DNA of 63,999 bases, filler included, from Stramenopiles sp. TOSAG23-6 (Eukaryota), in the NCBI GenBank assembly GCA_900128565.1. It is 6 parts of 6 records of this genome, joined end to end, with 100 filler letters (N's around TTAATTAATTAA, not from the genome) between each part and the next. Parts side by side here need not be neighbours in the genome. Positions count along the whole stretch, not along the records: positions 10,846 to 21,589 come from LT636294.1; positions 21,690 to 32,427 come from LT636295.1; 4 more parts are not named here. One strand, written 5' to 3'. A program made the position numbers and the translations under genes. Positions 11,721 through 25,257 of this stretch are shown here, one piece after another. The notes under the pieces were generated by a model. It had not been told where the DNA came from. It did no database searches and saw only the letters and a program-made list of their open reading frames with translations. The first letter of the stretch is position 1. The number at the start of each line of letters is the position of its first letter.

Positions 11721-12655
11721 ATGTTCCTCATTTATGTAGTGCAGAAGATATGGGGCCTTCTCGATTTCCTGTAGATCAAGTTCAACGTATTGCAATATTT
11801 GATGTACGAACAATCAATACTGACAGGCATTCAGGTAATATTCTCGTAAGTAAAGAGAGTACAATTAATCGAAAACTGGTAGAAACTAATTGTATTCGTG
11901 CTCCAAGGTCATCTTCGCTTGTTAACTTTTCTGATGACATGAAGGCTTCTTCAACTATGTGGCCTTTATCGGCGAGATCAACATCATCGCGAGCCTCGAT
12001 ACAAGAGAAAATAAAGATGTCAAACAAAATTGATAAAACGGAACATCAGAAACAATCAAAAGAAGACAATATCTCATGCTCTACTGCTTCACTTAGAGGT
12101 AGCTCAAGTACATTGGCTAAAAGAGATGGACATGACAGTGGTGATATTGTGCTAGTTCCTATTGACCACAGTTTTTGCTTACCTCGTGTAGATTGTTTAG
12201 CTGATGTAACTCTTGACTGGGTCAAATGGCCACAAACAAAACAGCCCATGAGTAAAACATTACTTGACTACATTGAAGGACTTGATGCAGAGGCAGATGT
12301 GAAAATGTTAAATTTCGCCTTAAATGGGGCCATTAAACCTGAAAGTTTGCGAACTCTTCGTGTCGGCACTTTATGGCTGAAAGAAGCTGCTGCGGCTGGG
12401 CTAACATTACAAGTGATAGGTCAAGCTCTATGCAGGGGTGCGGACAAACAAAACGAACCATCGGATATTGAGAAGATCGTAGCAATCGCATTTCAAGCAG
12501 AAAATTGTGCAGGATTTAAAAAAGTAAATGAAGAATCTACACAAGTTTTTATGAGTGCTATTAAAAGAGCAATGAGGATGCACATACAAGTTCTACAAGA
12601 CCAAAACAAAATAAAAGATACAAATGGTACGAATGATACAAAAGAAGTTGTATGA
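11721..12655 (+). CDS. Type II (gamma-like) phosphatidylinositol 4-kinase-like, 3' exon only
   Basis: YVPH…SAEDMGP…IAIFDVRTINTDRHSGNIL…LVPIDHSFCLP…W.WPQ motifs. Confidence 0.85.
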
Positions 12656-12771
12656 AATGTATAAACAAAATAATAAGAAGAACATGTAGAAATATTAAAA
12701 TAAATTATAAACAAATCTAATCAGAATATTTTATTTCAAAAGGTTTTCATCAAAACTAATCTTTTGATTAT

Positions 12772-15700
12772 TTATGAAAAGATACGACTGATCCAACCAG
12801 ATTGCGTTTTTGTTTTTGTTGTGGATCGAACTTGAACATTGAAAAGCATCGCAGCAAATGTTGTATAATTTACAACATCTTGATGAGCTTCAACTTCCTC
12901 CAGCAATTTATACAACTTGTGCCAAACTTGCGATGAATTATCACCAAATGCTTTCCATTTCATATTGAAAAAATTCATTCCAAAACGAAATTCATTGAAA
13001 GTTACGAACCTTGATCGATCATTGTCCATTACATTCCATACTCTATCTGGAGTTAAGCGCTTCTCAATAAGCTGTGCCCTCACACTTGACAAGATATCAA
13101 ATGCATTTGCTTTTTTATCGCCAGCCTTTTTCTTTTGCATTGCCTCATATTTTGCAGCTTTACGCATTTGAGAACAAATAGGACAATGACATGAACCTGA
13201 CTGGTAAATTAAAGCCATTTGCGGATGAAGTTCGATAAGTTCCTGGAGGGTGTTCCTCTTTCCTTTTTTTACTTTTGGTGTTGTATTACCCTTTTCTTTT
13301 ACTACTTTTGTCGTTCTTGGCTNTTTCTTTTCTACAATAACGGTAGTTTTCGAAGTGTTGGCAACTTGATTTTGTTTCAACGTTGAAACATCTGTTCGCT
13401 GTACTTGAGATATTTTCCATTCTTTCATACGAAGCGATAGCTCATTTTGCTGAGCAAGTAATTTTCTTCGTAATTCTTCATTTTCATTTTTCAGTGCTGA
13501 TTTTTCGCGAGTAAGTTTTTCTTGGCTCTTTGCCGCATTCGCTTCGAGTGTAGATTTCTCCGATTCATATGATTCATAAAGCTGTCTTGCTTCTTCTTCG
13601 TACTTTTTCATCCGTTCATCTCGCATTTTAATCAATCTGTTTTTCTCATCCAAATCTGATGAATACTCTGCTTCTTTAGTCAAGAGTAAATGCTCATGAG
13701 TTTGAATAGATAAACGCCACTCTTCTCTGAGAGCTTCCTTCTCAGCCTCAGCTAAAGCAACATTTTTTCGTAACTCCTCTTCATGACGGAAACGTTCTTC
13801 TTTGAGAGATCGATCGCGAGTAAGTAGCTTAGCTGCTTGGATTTTTGCATTTTGTCTTGATTCAACTTCCTGTCTTTCAAGATCAGCTAGTTTCGCTTTC
13901 ATAACACGTAATTCTTTACTCGCAAGCTCATTCATGTCTGGTAAAGAATATCTACTTTCTTTTGTTTTTTCATTGTAAAAATAAACTCGACCGCTCTTTT
14001 TATCGACACATTCTTTCCATCCACTAGTCCAATCACGATTCACCTCAAGAATAAGAGCAAGTAATCTTGCTTTTTCAGAAGAAATCTTCTCATCAGCTTC
14101 GCGATTTTTACGATTCATAAGTTCACGTTCATTTGCAGCTTGTGCTTCCCGTTCACAAAGTATTTTGTCTTTATTGGACATTTCAGACCGCATGTTCGCT
14201 TCTGATTGTTTGATCAACATATCCTTTTCTTGAAGTGATTTTTCTTTTTGTTTCAAATCATTCTGCATTTGACTAATGACATTTTTGTCCATTAATAGCT
14301 GGGTTTGCAGAGACACCATTTCAGCTTTTGCATTTTCTCGAATTTTCTCTGCATCTTTTTCGCGTTGTTGGAATAGTATTTTGATCGCATTTACATCTTC
14401 TTTTGCTTTCANTTGACAATTCCGAATTAAGACTTCATAACGAGAAAACTTCGCTTCATCATTTTTCTTTTTTCTAAGAGACATAATTTCATTTGCAGCA
14501 GAACGAACAAGATTTCGATGACGCATCTCATTTTCACGCTGATTTTGTAATTCTTGCTGCTCAAGCATTGCTCTTTTCTTATCTCGCAAGGTGTCTTCTT
14601 CAAAACGAGCACGTTCTTCCTGTAGCTGTAACTCTCTCTTGTTAGCTTCCTGAAGCTTCTTTGCGAAATCTAATTTAATTCTCGTTTCGCGAGCTTGAAG
14701 GTCTGCAATTAACTTTTGCATTTCAACGTTTTTACCGCTAAAGTCATTCTTCACACTAATAATTTTAGCTTCGCGGTCATTGGCTGCCTCATCAAGAAGT
14801 CTTCTGTTTGTCTCAATCAATCGTTTTCGTTCTGCTTTCGCAGTGGCCTCTTGAGCAGCTAACTTATTTTCAAGCTCAGTGGCTTTTTTCAAAGCAACAG
14901 CTTCATCATCTCTAATTTTCGCTTCCTGGACTTTCAGATCATGTTCTTTTCTTTGTAACTCAATCATATACTGATGTTTGATATCAACACGGACACCTGT
15001 GATTTTTTCAGTCATAAGTTTCTGCATGCGCAATATCTCTATTCTTTCGTGCTCGCGTAACTCCAATTCTTGTTCTTGAAGTTGTCGTTGAAATTGTTTC
15101 TGAAGTAAAGCTGAACGTCGTTCATTGACTCTAGCAGCTTCAAGTCTTTCCATTTCCAATTTGTCGTACGCATCTTTTGCAGAACGTTCATTTTCAATTG
15201 CCTTGAGCCGTAGATCTTCTAATTCAGCACGTTGTTCATTTTCTCTGCTTTTCATCAATGCTTCGTGTTCGACAAGTTGACGCACGTGAGACTCGTCAGA
15301 TTCTTTAATCATTGACAACTCAGCTCGAAGTGATGCATTTTCTTCAGCAATATGTTTTTCTCTTTCTTGTATCAAAGCTTCATAATATTTTTTAAATTTC
15401 TCTGCCTCAAGTCTGGCTGCTTCTTTAGTATCATCAACCAATGCCTTTGCAGCAACAGCTTCAGCTTTGGCAGCTGCTTCACGTTCCAAAAGTTTCTTTT
15501 CACGTTTGGCAATAGCTGTTTCTCTTTGAGCTTGTTCACTACGAAATTCAGCATCTTTTTCTTCACCGAGTTGCTTAAGTCGAAGTTCCCATTCAGTACG
15601 AAGAGTCGATATTTGAGATTCATGCAATGCAGACTGCTTCAATAGACGTCGTTTCGCCTTTGCTTGACTATCTGCTATTTTTTTGTTATATTCATTTCGA

Positions 15701-18700
15701 ATTGAATCCGTAAAAGTTTTCTGTTTATTTTCACGTTCAGCATCCGTTTGATGTTTCAGTATCTCGATNTCTTGTTTCAAAAAGAGTATCCATGTTTGTC
15801 GATGCTCCTCTCGCTTTTCAACACAAATCTTTCTTGTATTAGCAAGCTTTCGTGTTTCATTCATGAAATTACTTTTTTCGTGCATTTCTCTTGTCTCAAT
15901 ATCATGTACCTCTGTTTCCAATAAAGCAAGCTTGAGCTCTTCATTTTGTAAAAAATTTGTTCGATTTAGAATTTCTTCATCGCTCAAATTTTCTAGAGAC
16001 TGAGAACGAACTTTATCCAAGTTATTCGAACGACTTATCATTTCATTTTGTATTGCATCAGCTTCTTCACGATTGCGCGAAGACTTGGAGTCAATTTCAA
16101 TGCACATTTGTTTAAAATGGTCCTGTGCTGCGTAAAATCGTTTTTTCAATTTCTCTTCGCTCGATTTGAAAGAAACTTCCTCAGAATTTTTNCGCTCAAC
16201 AAAAGTGCTTCTAGCATCTTTATTGANGCCTCCTACAACCTGATTCCACTCATCCAGCAAACGTTCAATGATTTCATATTCGTATCTCTCGCGTAACAAA
16301 AACTCCTCTTGGCGAATATCAAAATCGTGCCTCTCCAANGATTCTTCCCATGACACTTGCAATGCAGTTTTACATTGCTCTGCTCTTTTCTTCTGCTCTA
16401 ACAAACGACGTTCAAATGCAAGTCTTTGCTGCTCTGAAAAACGTAATCGCTGATTCAATGTAACCATAAGTTGAACACGATTTGCTTCGGCTGCATCATG
16501 AGATTCACAAAGTATACGATATTTCTTGGAAGCCTCATCTCGTTCTGTAATACTCTTTTCAGATAAATTATCCATGTACATCGTCATTGTTTTCTTTTCC
16601 TGAGTAGCAGCAGCACGAGCAGCCTCAAGCTTCGACATAGCTTCTTCGATGTCGTGCTTTGACTTCGTTTCCATAGCTAAGAGACGATTTCGCGTCTCTT
16701 CGGCTACACGTTTTGCTGNATTTTCACGTTCTAGAAGCATGGCTTCCTTGGCTTTCATTTCATCTTCCTTATCTTGTAACGCATTCTTAAGCTGCATTGC
16801 TTGTTGTTCTTCTAATTGAGATAAACGAATATTCCATTCCATTGTCATTTTTTGCTTTAACGACTCTCCAAACGCTTTTCTTTTTTGTCGCTCTTGTTCA
16901 CGAATAGCNAATTCCGACTTTTCTAAATTAGATGTATATTCAGATTGCATTTGTAAAAGCTTGGCATTAGATGCTTCAGTATTTTCAACAAGTTGACGCT
17001 CAAAATCTTGACGAGAAGAAATACTAGCTAGTTCCATTGCATGAATCTTTTGGGATTGATCAGCAATGTCAGCTTTCATCTTGTTTTCCCTTTCAATAAG
17101 AACTAACATTCGCCGTCTTGCATCATGAATTTCTTCAGCTGAAAGTTTCGATGTATCACTCAATAACTTTTCAAGTTTCTGACGTTTGGCTAAAGCCTCT
17201 TCGTTCCTATGACGTAATTCANTTTCGAAAGATGAGACATTTAGTTTTGCTTCGTTCTCGAGCTTGATTAGCCGAGCCAGTGTATCTTTTTGTTCGCGAT
17301 CTCTAGCAGCGATTTCGGCATCATAAGCATCAAGCTTTGATTTAAATTCTCGTGATTGTTGTGTCAATCTATTTTGAAGTTCATTTGAATGATCCGTGTC
17401 AATTTTTTTCAATCGTTGATTGAACGCACTGTGTAGTTTTTTATTCAGTGACTTTCCATAAGCACGTCGTTTCTCAATCTCTAAGGCTTTTAATTCATTT
17501 TCCCTAGTTCGCTTGAGGTCAGCAGCTTGTCTTTCAAGTAACTCAACATGACGTTTTGATCGAAGAACATTTTGTTTTCTTCTCTCCTCGTTTCTTCTTC
17601 TCGCCTCAACTGCTTGTAAACGTTTCGCTTCCAATTCCTGTGCATGAAGAGACATCATCATTTTTTCATTTTCATTCATTGTATCAATTAGTTTTGACAT
17701 TTCAACTTTGTGATCCGATTCAGCGGCTTTTGCTTCCCTCTCTGCCTTTTCCAACTCACAATCCAACTCATCTGAATGTTTCCTTTCCTTTTCAATACGA
17801 AGCATAAGATCTCTACGAAGGCGTTCCATTTCTTCATTATCCTTTACAACTTGGGCCTTCAACGCTTCAGCTGCTTTGCGTGATAATTTATTAAGCCTTC
17901 GCTCCCATTCTTCATCGCGTTGTGCCATACTATCAATACGTTGCTGAGCTATTCTTTCTTTTTGTTGTAGAGTCAATTCACGCGCAGTANTTCTTAAAGT
18001 TCTTGAAAGTTTGTTTTCTTGAGATAATGTTTCTAGTTTATGAGTCCAAGTTATACGAAGAGATCTTCGAAGTTCTTCTTCACTAGCTGCCCTCTCTTTT
18101 GCTTCAATTACTCGGACCTCGTTAACACGTTTTCTTAGATCATTCTCAAATTTTTTGTGAAGTGCAGCCTTGTCTTGTTCCGCTAAATGTCGAGCTTGTT
18201 CAACAGCATGCCGTTCTCGCAAAGCCGCTTCTTCCTTTATTGCCTTCATCTCAATATCTGCTTTTGAAGCAAGTTCTTTTAACTCTTTTTGGTGCTCTTT
18301 GTTTACACCTTGAAGACGAAATGTCCATTCATAATGCAATCGATCAGCTACTTTATCTTGAGCTGCAGCAGCAACTGCTTTTTCAGCTTCCTTCATTGCC
18401 AATTCGTGCTGTTTAATTTCCTCTTCATGTAATTTTCGAAGGCGACGCATTTTTTTTTGATATCTTTCGTCTACTTCTATGACTTTATTGGCATAATTAT
18501 CTCGTTCATTTCTCAGACGTTGTTGTGTCGCTTCAAGATCACTTCGNTGTTGNGCAATCAAAATAGCAGATTCTTCATCCATCGCTGCGGCTTTTTCAGA
18601 AAGTTTTTTCATATCCTCCTTCGATTTTGCTTCTAATACAGATAACTTTTCTAGAGCTATACGAATTTCATCTTTTGAGTTCCGTTGCAACTCACGTATT

Positions 18701-21589
18701 TCTTTTTCTTTATCACTCATGAGTTTCTCCTTTTCGGCGAGCGATTGTTTGAGTTCCTGCGCTTTCTTCGCATTCAGTTTCGCAAGTCGGACATTCATTT
18801 GAAATTTAAGAGCCATTGCAACTTGAGCTTCGCGCTCTCTAACATGAGCTCTCTCGTGGTCCCGAAGACGTTTTTCTTGGTCGATTAATTTATGCTTTGC
18901 TTCGTCTTCTAACATCTCGCGGTCCTCCGCAGCGGNTTTTTTCGCTTCAAGTAATTCCAAATTCAATTTTTCTCTATNTTTTTGAGAATCTAAACGAGAT
19001 TTTTCTAATTGTAAAATGAGTTTTGCACTTTCCTCTGCAGCAGCAGCGTCCTTTTCCTTCAAACAATTTTGTAATTGTTTGATCTCTTCTTCAGCTTCCT
19101 GTTCTTTTGAGAGTAAAATAGAGGTTTTTGATTCGTATTCTTTCAATGCATTACGCTCTCTTGCAAGAATTACACGCTCAGCAATTTCACGTTCTTCTTT
19201 AAAAGCATTCATTTGTTGTGTAAATTCTTTGCTACGCGCAGCATCAATGTTTGCGAGGCGAGTTTTCCATTCCATTTCTAATTTATTTCGCATCGAATTC
19301 ATTCGCGCAGCTGCTGTTTCTCGTTCTTCATTTCTGATTCTAAGTTCAGATAATTCGATGTCACGACGGTACTTTGATTTTAACACACCCTTCTGTTGAC
19401 CAGCAACGTTACGACGCGCCTTTAGCAACATTGTATACGCAACCTTCTGTGCAGAATTCTCACGCGCGCCCTTCTCCAATTGTTGAATTCCTTCATCAAT
19501 TTGATTATTTGCCTTGGCCAATTTAATATCATTTTCTTTGCAAAGTTGATCATGTTGCTCAGTTTTAGACTTTTCAAGTTTATCCAATCTCTGCTTCCAA
19601 ACACAATTAAGTTTTCCAGCGAGCTCCTGTTGATATTTACGTCGATTTAAGCGTTCTTTTTCTTGAAGATTTATTTGTAAAGTTTGAAGGTCTCGTTGCC
19701 AAGCTAAGCGAATGGATTCTTTCTCTTCTTGAACACGTTTCTTTGCTTCAATTTCTTGGCGTTCGAATCTTTCTTTCTGCTCTTTCAGCTCGAGTGCAGC
19801 CTGTTCGAGAGCAAGTCTCTGAGCATCCATTCGAGCACAACTTTCTGCATGCTTCGCTTCCAAATCATTTTTTTCTCTTTGTAATTTTGCTAAAGCGACA
19901 TCGTTCATGGAGTTGCTAGAAGCTAATTTCAACCGTAAAACAGCTTGTGTAGTTGATGCGATACTCGCTTGATTTTTACGAGCCTTTTCAAGTTTTTGTA
20001 ATGTTACAGCAGTTTCTTTCTCTTTCTTTAGCATTATGATTCTACTTTCTTCTACACTCAATCTCGCAGACTTCTCACGGAGAGCAAGAGCAGCTTCAAG
20101 CTCTTTGCGCTCTACTTCCTTTGCTGTCATTGCTCTTTCAAATTCAATTCTTTTTGTTGTTTCAAGTGACTCGAGGCGAGCAGTCCATTCACGACGAAGT
20201 TTATTTTCAATTTGTTGACCATGTGCAGAACGAAGTTCATGTTCCTCCTTTCGAATTTTGATTTCACTCTCTTCTAAATCGCGAGTCCATTTGTCATGCA
20301 GCATTGCTTTTTCTTGCTCGGAGCGCAGCTTTTGTTCTGCCATTGCTGTTCGGTGAATCTCTCTCTCATTGATCGCATTATCAAGTGATTTTTGTAATTT
20401 TTCTTTTTGACTTTCCAATTCAGCAGCAGCGAGTCTATCTTTTTCTCGTTGTTGTGCAATGAGGTTATTCAACTCCTCAACCTTTTCACGATTTAACGCT
20501 CCTTGCTTACNNNNNNNNNNNNNNNNNNNNNNNNNNNGAGTTCGCTTTTCAAATGACTTTCAATTTGATCCAATTTGATCCTAGCAGCTAGCTTATTTTC
20601 TTTCATTTGATCGTTCATTCGTTTCATTTCATTTTGAGCATTGACTTCATTTAACTGGAGTTTGCTTTGAATGGAAATAGATTTTGCATGATCAATAGCA
20701 AGACGGGTAAGGAGACAAGCCTTCTTCTTTTTATGAGCGCTAACCTTACTGTGAAGCTTATTCTTAAATACTTCTTCTTTTTCTTTCTGTAATTGAATTG
20801 TTCGAAGTTCCCATTCCTTGCGTTGTGCTTCAAATGTAGATTCGCGTTCAGCAGCTTCAGAAATAAACGTTTGTTTTTGATCTGACAGTTTTGTTTGCCA
20901 CATTTTCTGAAGTTTTTCTTGCATCTCCATTCGCTCTCGTAGGCGCCTATCCTGTTGATCTTGTCGAATAGCTGCGACACGCGATGCTAGATATATCTGC
21001 CAGTTTTCCACTAGAACAGTTTTTTCATTTGTATATCGGAGCCTTTCAGCCTGGATTTGTTTGAGAAAGAAACTGCTGTAACATTACAAAAACTTGAAAA
21101 GGCTCGTAAAAAAATTCTGCACAGAAGGTTGCGTCATCTTTGTGAATCTTTGCCATTTCGCGCTGACGGAGTTGTAAATCATTCATTTGCTTCGCAGTCA
21201 AAGCAGACCAATTATCAAATTCTTTTTGAATTTTCTGTTGTTGTTGTTTTGCTACAGAACGTTCTTCTTCACGCTGTTTTTCAAGATCATTCAAATCGCT
21301 AACAAATTTAGCTTTTTTCCTTTCAAATATAGCAATAGTTGCAAATAAACGATCTTGAGCAGCATCTTCGCGAGACTTAATTACAGCTTCATTTTCTAAC
21401 ATTTTTTTCCTTTCCGACTCTAATTGACTTTTATAAAATTGAGCTTGGTCTTCTTCCACGTCTTCCAACAACTCTGACCATTCAGCATTAAGCCTATTTG
21501 TCACAGCTTCAATAGCAGCCTCGTGTTTCTTTTGCTCCTCTGCGCGAATTTTTATTTGAATTTCTTCCATTTTTCGATTAGCCTCCAAC
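12772..21589 (-). CDS. Very large coiled-coil protein with WW and C-terminal EF-hand-like motifs (5' truncated, internal gap and scrambled patch)
   Basis: 7.7-kb open frame rich in E/K/R/Q/L; WW (GWKECVDKKSGRVYFYNEKT); EF-like DNDRSRFVTFNEF. Similar coiled-coil ORFs continue upstream to 21589. Confidence 0.8.
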
Positions 21590-21689
21590 NNNNNNNNNNN
21601 NNNNNNNNNNNNNNNNNNNNNNNNNNNNNNNNNTTAATTAATTAANNNNNNNNNNNNNNNNNNNNNNNNNNNNNNNNNNNNNNNNNNNN
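21590..21689. other. Artificial contig linker
   Basis: TTAATTAATTAA at 21634-21645 inside Ns. Confidence 0.97.
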
Positions 21690-21758
21690 TTTTCGTACGA
21701 AATTTTGTACCTAACAAATTTAAGTTTTTTTTTTTTGAAATATTTTTACAAAATACAT
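21690..21758 (+). mobile_element. Introner-like intron 18 (3' part)
   Basis: TTCGTACGAA…CCTAAC…AATACAT|ctg; contig begins inside. Confidence 0.8.
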
Positions 21759-24700
21759 CTGATTCCTCTGAATAATAGAAGGGAAAAACTTAATGAAGAA
21801 TATCGACTTAAAAAAGAAAAGGTACAAGAGGAAGAAAAGAAAAGGGAAAATCGTGAAGCTCGTCGAGCTAAACTGAAAGAAAAACGTCGATTGGAAAGAG
21901 AGGAAGAAGAAAATAGCGAAAATGACATAGATTATGAAAATGCTCCTATTATTGGTGTCAGTGGTCGGCGGCGGCACAGGAAAAGAAAAAAAGAAGATAA
22001 TTTGACTATTCGAAGTGCCCCTCCACCCCCACCTCGGCCAACGTCTGCACAAATAAGAAATGAAGCTGCTGCTGAAGCAAGAGAGAAAGCTGAGAAAGAA
22101 CTTGAACTTGAAGCCGAGCGCTTAATTCAAGAACAGTCTTCGATGCTTTCGGAGTATGTACCTTTCGTAGACCCAACGCTTAACAAGTATGCCTTCAACG
22201 CATGTAAGGAAGTATTAGCAATTGCTGCTGCATCTGCTCTTGCTGCAACTAAGGAAGTAGATGGGAATGTTCGAAGTGTAGTGAAGTTAGTATCGCAAAT
22301 GAGCGCAACAAGATCAGTTGCATTAGCACATGTTGCAAAGCTACAGGCCGAAAATGACTTCGATTTAAATAAGTTCTTCTGTGGACTTCTAAGTCATCAT
22401 CTTCTAGATTTGGTAAAACCTCTGACTAAATCAGAAACTGATATACTTCACAAACCTCCCAAACTAATGTCTGTAACCCCAGCAAGTAGAATCGGTAAGA
22501 AAGTAGATGAAACTGGGTATTGGGTATTAGAGGAAGAAATCCAAGAAGTAAAGGAAGGAATTAGTAAAGGAATTCACTCTTTGTGGGAGAAACTTCAAGA
22601 TAAATTAGGGCGAGTAGCTTTCATTGAAGGTGCAAGAAATATATGGGCAGAATGGCAAGCAGGTGGAAACGTTGATATAAAAGTTAAAATGCATGAAAAA
22701 TTACGAAAACATGTAAAGTCACTATTTGATGGTATTGATGACGACAAAAGCGGTAAAATTGATAAACGTGAAATGACTTTACTAATTCGAGGTTTAGGGC
22801 TTCCAAAAGTAACTACAAAAACAATAAATTCTGAATATAAGATAATTGATTCCGATGGTAGCGGTGGTGTTACTTTTGAAGAATTCTTCGAATGGCTTGA
22901 AGCTACGCGAAATCGAAAGACATGTAGGGGGCCTGTCCAACTAATGATGTACAAGAAGCAATTAATTCACAGAATATTTGAACGAATTTGTTTTAATATG
23001 TCTCTCTCAAAAGTTGTCAATTCAGAAGCAACTCGAATTAGGAAACTTGCGATAGACAGATATAGACTATTACATAATCAACAGAAACCTGCAGATCCTG
23101 GAAAGGACGCCATGTCGCGCTTTGCGCAAAGTGGAAAGGGTGATGATGCCTCGCATATGAAATTACTACGTGTAGTGTGGCATTTTGAGGAGTTTCAAGA
23201 TACATCAACCAAAAATCGTTATTTTTACTTCAATTCTGTTACAAAAAGAGGGTATTGGGTTGGAGTCAAGATGCCAATATCAATCGCAGCCCATGGAACA
23301 ATGATATCACTCAAGGAAGTCAATGATGGTTTGCACTATTGTCCACTGCCACAACGTTGGCTTTTTGGGCAAGAACTAGGTTTGCTTCAAAGACAAGAAA
23401 AGGCATATCGGTCACTGTGGCATTCGAAACAGGGTCGTGAAAAACTCAAGGAAAGAAGTAGAAGAGCTAAAGCCAAAGGAAACATTGAACGAGAATATAA
23501 ACGTCTTAGAGTTTGTATTAAACGCGAGTTGTTATCTTGGGGTGCACTTTTAAAATATTCAAAAGAGACTGCAGACTTGTCGAAGGAGAAACGCTGTGAT
23601 GGTTGGTCTGAATATACAATAATCAAACCTAAAATTAAGATAAAAGAAAATGATATTCATGATGAAGATAATTGGTTTGATGTTATATCGAAAGATGGAT
23701 TATTAAAAGATCCATATCGAGCAGGGAAAAGTGTATTCGGTAAGTATAAACCTTTCTTAGTAGATAGAAATATTTTCTATGTTCGAAGAATCACTAACTC
23801 ATATCAATGGGATCATCCAAAAGTGAAACGCAAGAATCATAAATACTTTCCCGATTCGTTCAACTTTGAAAAGAAAGTAAACATGATGAGACAAATGGAA
23901 GAAGACAAAATAAAACAATGGGAAGAACAAATTGCAACGACCGAACGAGAGGAAATGGAACGTCGGTTGATGGCGGATGAAGATGTTTTGGTTAAGAAAT
24001 TACAACAAACTTTTCTTGAGATTCCAGAAAATTTAGAAATGAACAAACAGAATCTATTTTTGCGCGAGTTCACTACCCTTCGGAATCTTTGTGATGCTCA
24101 TGGTCGAAGAGAGTTGTCACGTTTTCAATGGTTAACTACCCTTAAAAGTTCCCATCATGGGAGGACGCATAAAGTATTACAAGCTTCAACAGGTCGAGTT
24201 TGTATTCTAAAAGAAGTACGCGCACCTCGGAAACAAGTGAAAGCGGCAATTAAAGCGATAGAAGCAACTTTATTATATGGTGCTGATTGTCTGATTAATG
24301 TTATAGATTTGTGGGATGTTCCCTATAACGAAGATATTGGCCAAAATCAGCGATGGCATCATTTGTTTGTTGCAATGGAATTTGCTAGTGGTGGTAGTCT
24401 TGAAGACCGTATCGATTCCCGATGGAGTGATGAGAAATCATTGGAACTAGCTCTAGATGTATGTCAAGGGCTACACTCAATGCATCAATGTGGATTACCC
24501 CATGGGAAATTAACACCTCAATGTGTATTCTTTGATCGACGTGGAAGAGTGAAACTCGCAAACTTCCGCATTATAAGGATGGCAGGTCACCGACGCGCAG
24601 AAGCAGAACCAACGTCAGGTGGAAGATCGCTTAATTTAGCTTATAAAGAAGATATTAGAGCGATGGCATTAGTTGTATACAGAGCTGTAACTGGTTCTCG

Positions 24701-25145
24701 GGGCCGAAAGCATTTTACAGCAAATTTATCAACTCCATTAGGAATTGTGCGCAATGTCCCTAGATCTATCCCTGAAAAGTTGAAAGAGTTAATGAGGAGA
24801 GCTAGCCATGAAGATCCCAATGAACGCCCCACTACTTCCGAGTGTATAAAAATTCTTGGTTACAAACCTAAACCTCGTTTGCATAATAAAGAATTTGAAA
24901 AAATAGCCGAACTCGCTGGCGGAAATTCAAATTTATCTGACCAGGATTCAATTTCAGAAGACGAGGATGATGCCCCTTGGCATCGGACGCGCATTGCATT
25001 GCGAGGTTCAGCATTTATGGCATTAAAAAAAATAAAAGGTCTTGACAGCGAAGCAAAAAATAAAAAAGATAAAAACTTAGAAATAAAAAAGAAGAAATTA
25101 GATAGAATGCAAAAGGCAAGAACTCTTGCAGGAGGTATTCTTTGA
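21759..25145 (+). CDS. EF-hand pair plus degenerate protein-kinase-like domain protein (5' truncated)
   Basis: EF hands DDDKSGKIDKRE and DSDGSGGVTFEEF. Kinase-like MEFASGGSL…PHGKLTPQCVFF…KLANF lacks HRD and DFG. Confidence 0.8.
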   Translation: MIPLNNRREKLNEEYRLKKEKVQEEEKKRENREARRAKLKEKRRLEREEEENSENDIDYENAPIIGVSGRRRHRKRKKEDNLTIRSAPPPPPRPTSAQIRNEAAAEAREKAEKELELEAERLIQEQSSMLSEYVPFVDPTLNKYAFNACKEVLAIAAASALAATKEVDGNVRSVVKLVSQMSATRSVALAHVAKLQAENDFDLNKFFCGLLSHHLLDLVKPLTKSETDILHKPPKLMSVTPASRIGKKVDETGYWVLEEEIQEVKEGISKGIHSLWEKLQDKLGRVAFIEGARNIWAEWQAGGNVDIKVKMHEKLRKHVKSLFDGIDDDKSGKIDKREMTLLIRGLGLPKVTTKTINSEYKIIDSDGSGGVTFEEFFEWLEATRNRKTCRGPVQLMMYKKQLIHRIFERICFNMSLSKVVNSEATRIRKLAIDRYRLLHNQQKPADPGKDAMSRFAQSGKGDDASHMKLLRVVWHFEEFQDTSTKNRYFYFNSVTKRGYWVGVKMPISIAAHGTMISLKEVNDGLHYCPLPQRWLFGQELGLLQRQEKAYRSLWHSKQGREKLKERSRRAKAKGNIEREYKRLRVCIKRELLSWGALLKYSKETADLSKEKRCDGWSEYTIIKPKIKIKENDIHDEDNWFDVISKDGLLKDPYRAGKSVFGKYKPFLVDRNIFYVRRITNSYQWDHPKVKRKNHKYFPDSFNFEKKVNMMRQMEEDKIKQWEEQIATTEREEMERRLMADEDVLVKKLQQTFLEIPENLEMNKQNLFLREFTTLRNLCDAHGRRELSRFQWLTTLKSSHHGRTHKVLQASTGRVCILKEVRAPRKQVKAAIKAIEATLLYGADCLINVIDLWDVPYNEDIGQNQRWHHLFVAMEFASGGSLEDRIDSRWSDEKSLELALDVCQGLHSMHQCGLPHGKLTPQCVFFDRRGRVKLANFRIIRMAGHRRAEAEPTSGGRSLNLAYKEDIRAMALVVYRAVTGSRGRKHFTANLSTPLGIVRNVPRSIPEKLKELMRRASHEDPNERPTTSECIKILGYKPKPRLHNKEFEKIAELAGGNSNLSDQDSISEDEDDAPWHRTRIALRGSAFMALKKIKGLDSEAKNKKDKNLEIKKKKLDRMQKARTLAGGIL

Positions 25146-25257
25146 AATAAATGAGTCAATATCCCGGTACATTCAATGGCGCTTACTTTGATATTTCTTG
25201 GAGTACAATAAATGAAAGATTAAACTATTTCAACTGTTATAAATATTTTGCATTGAT

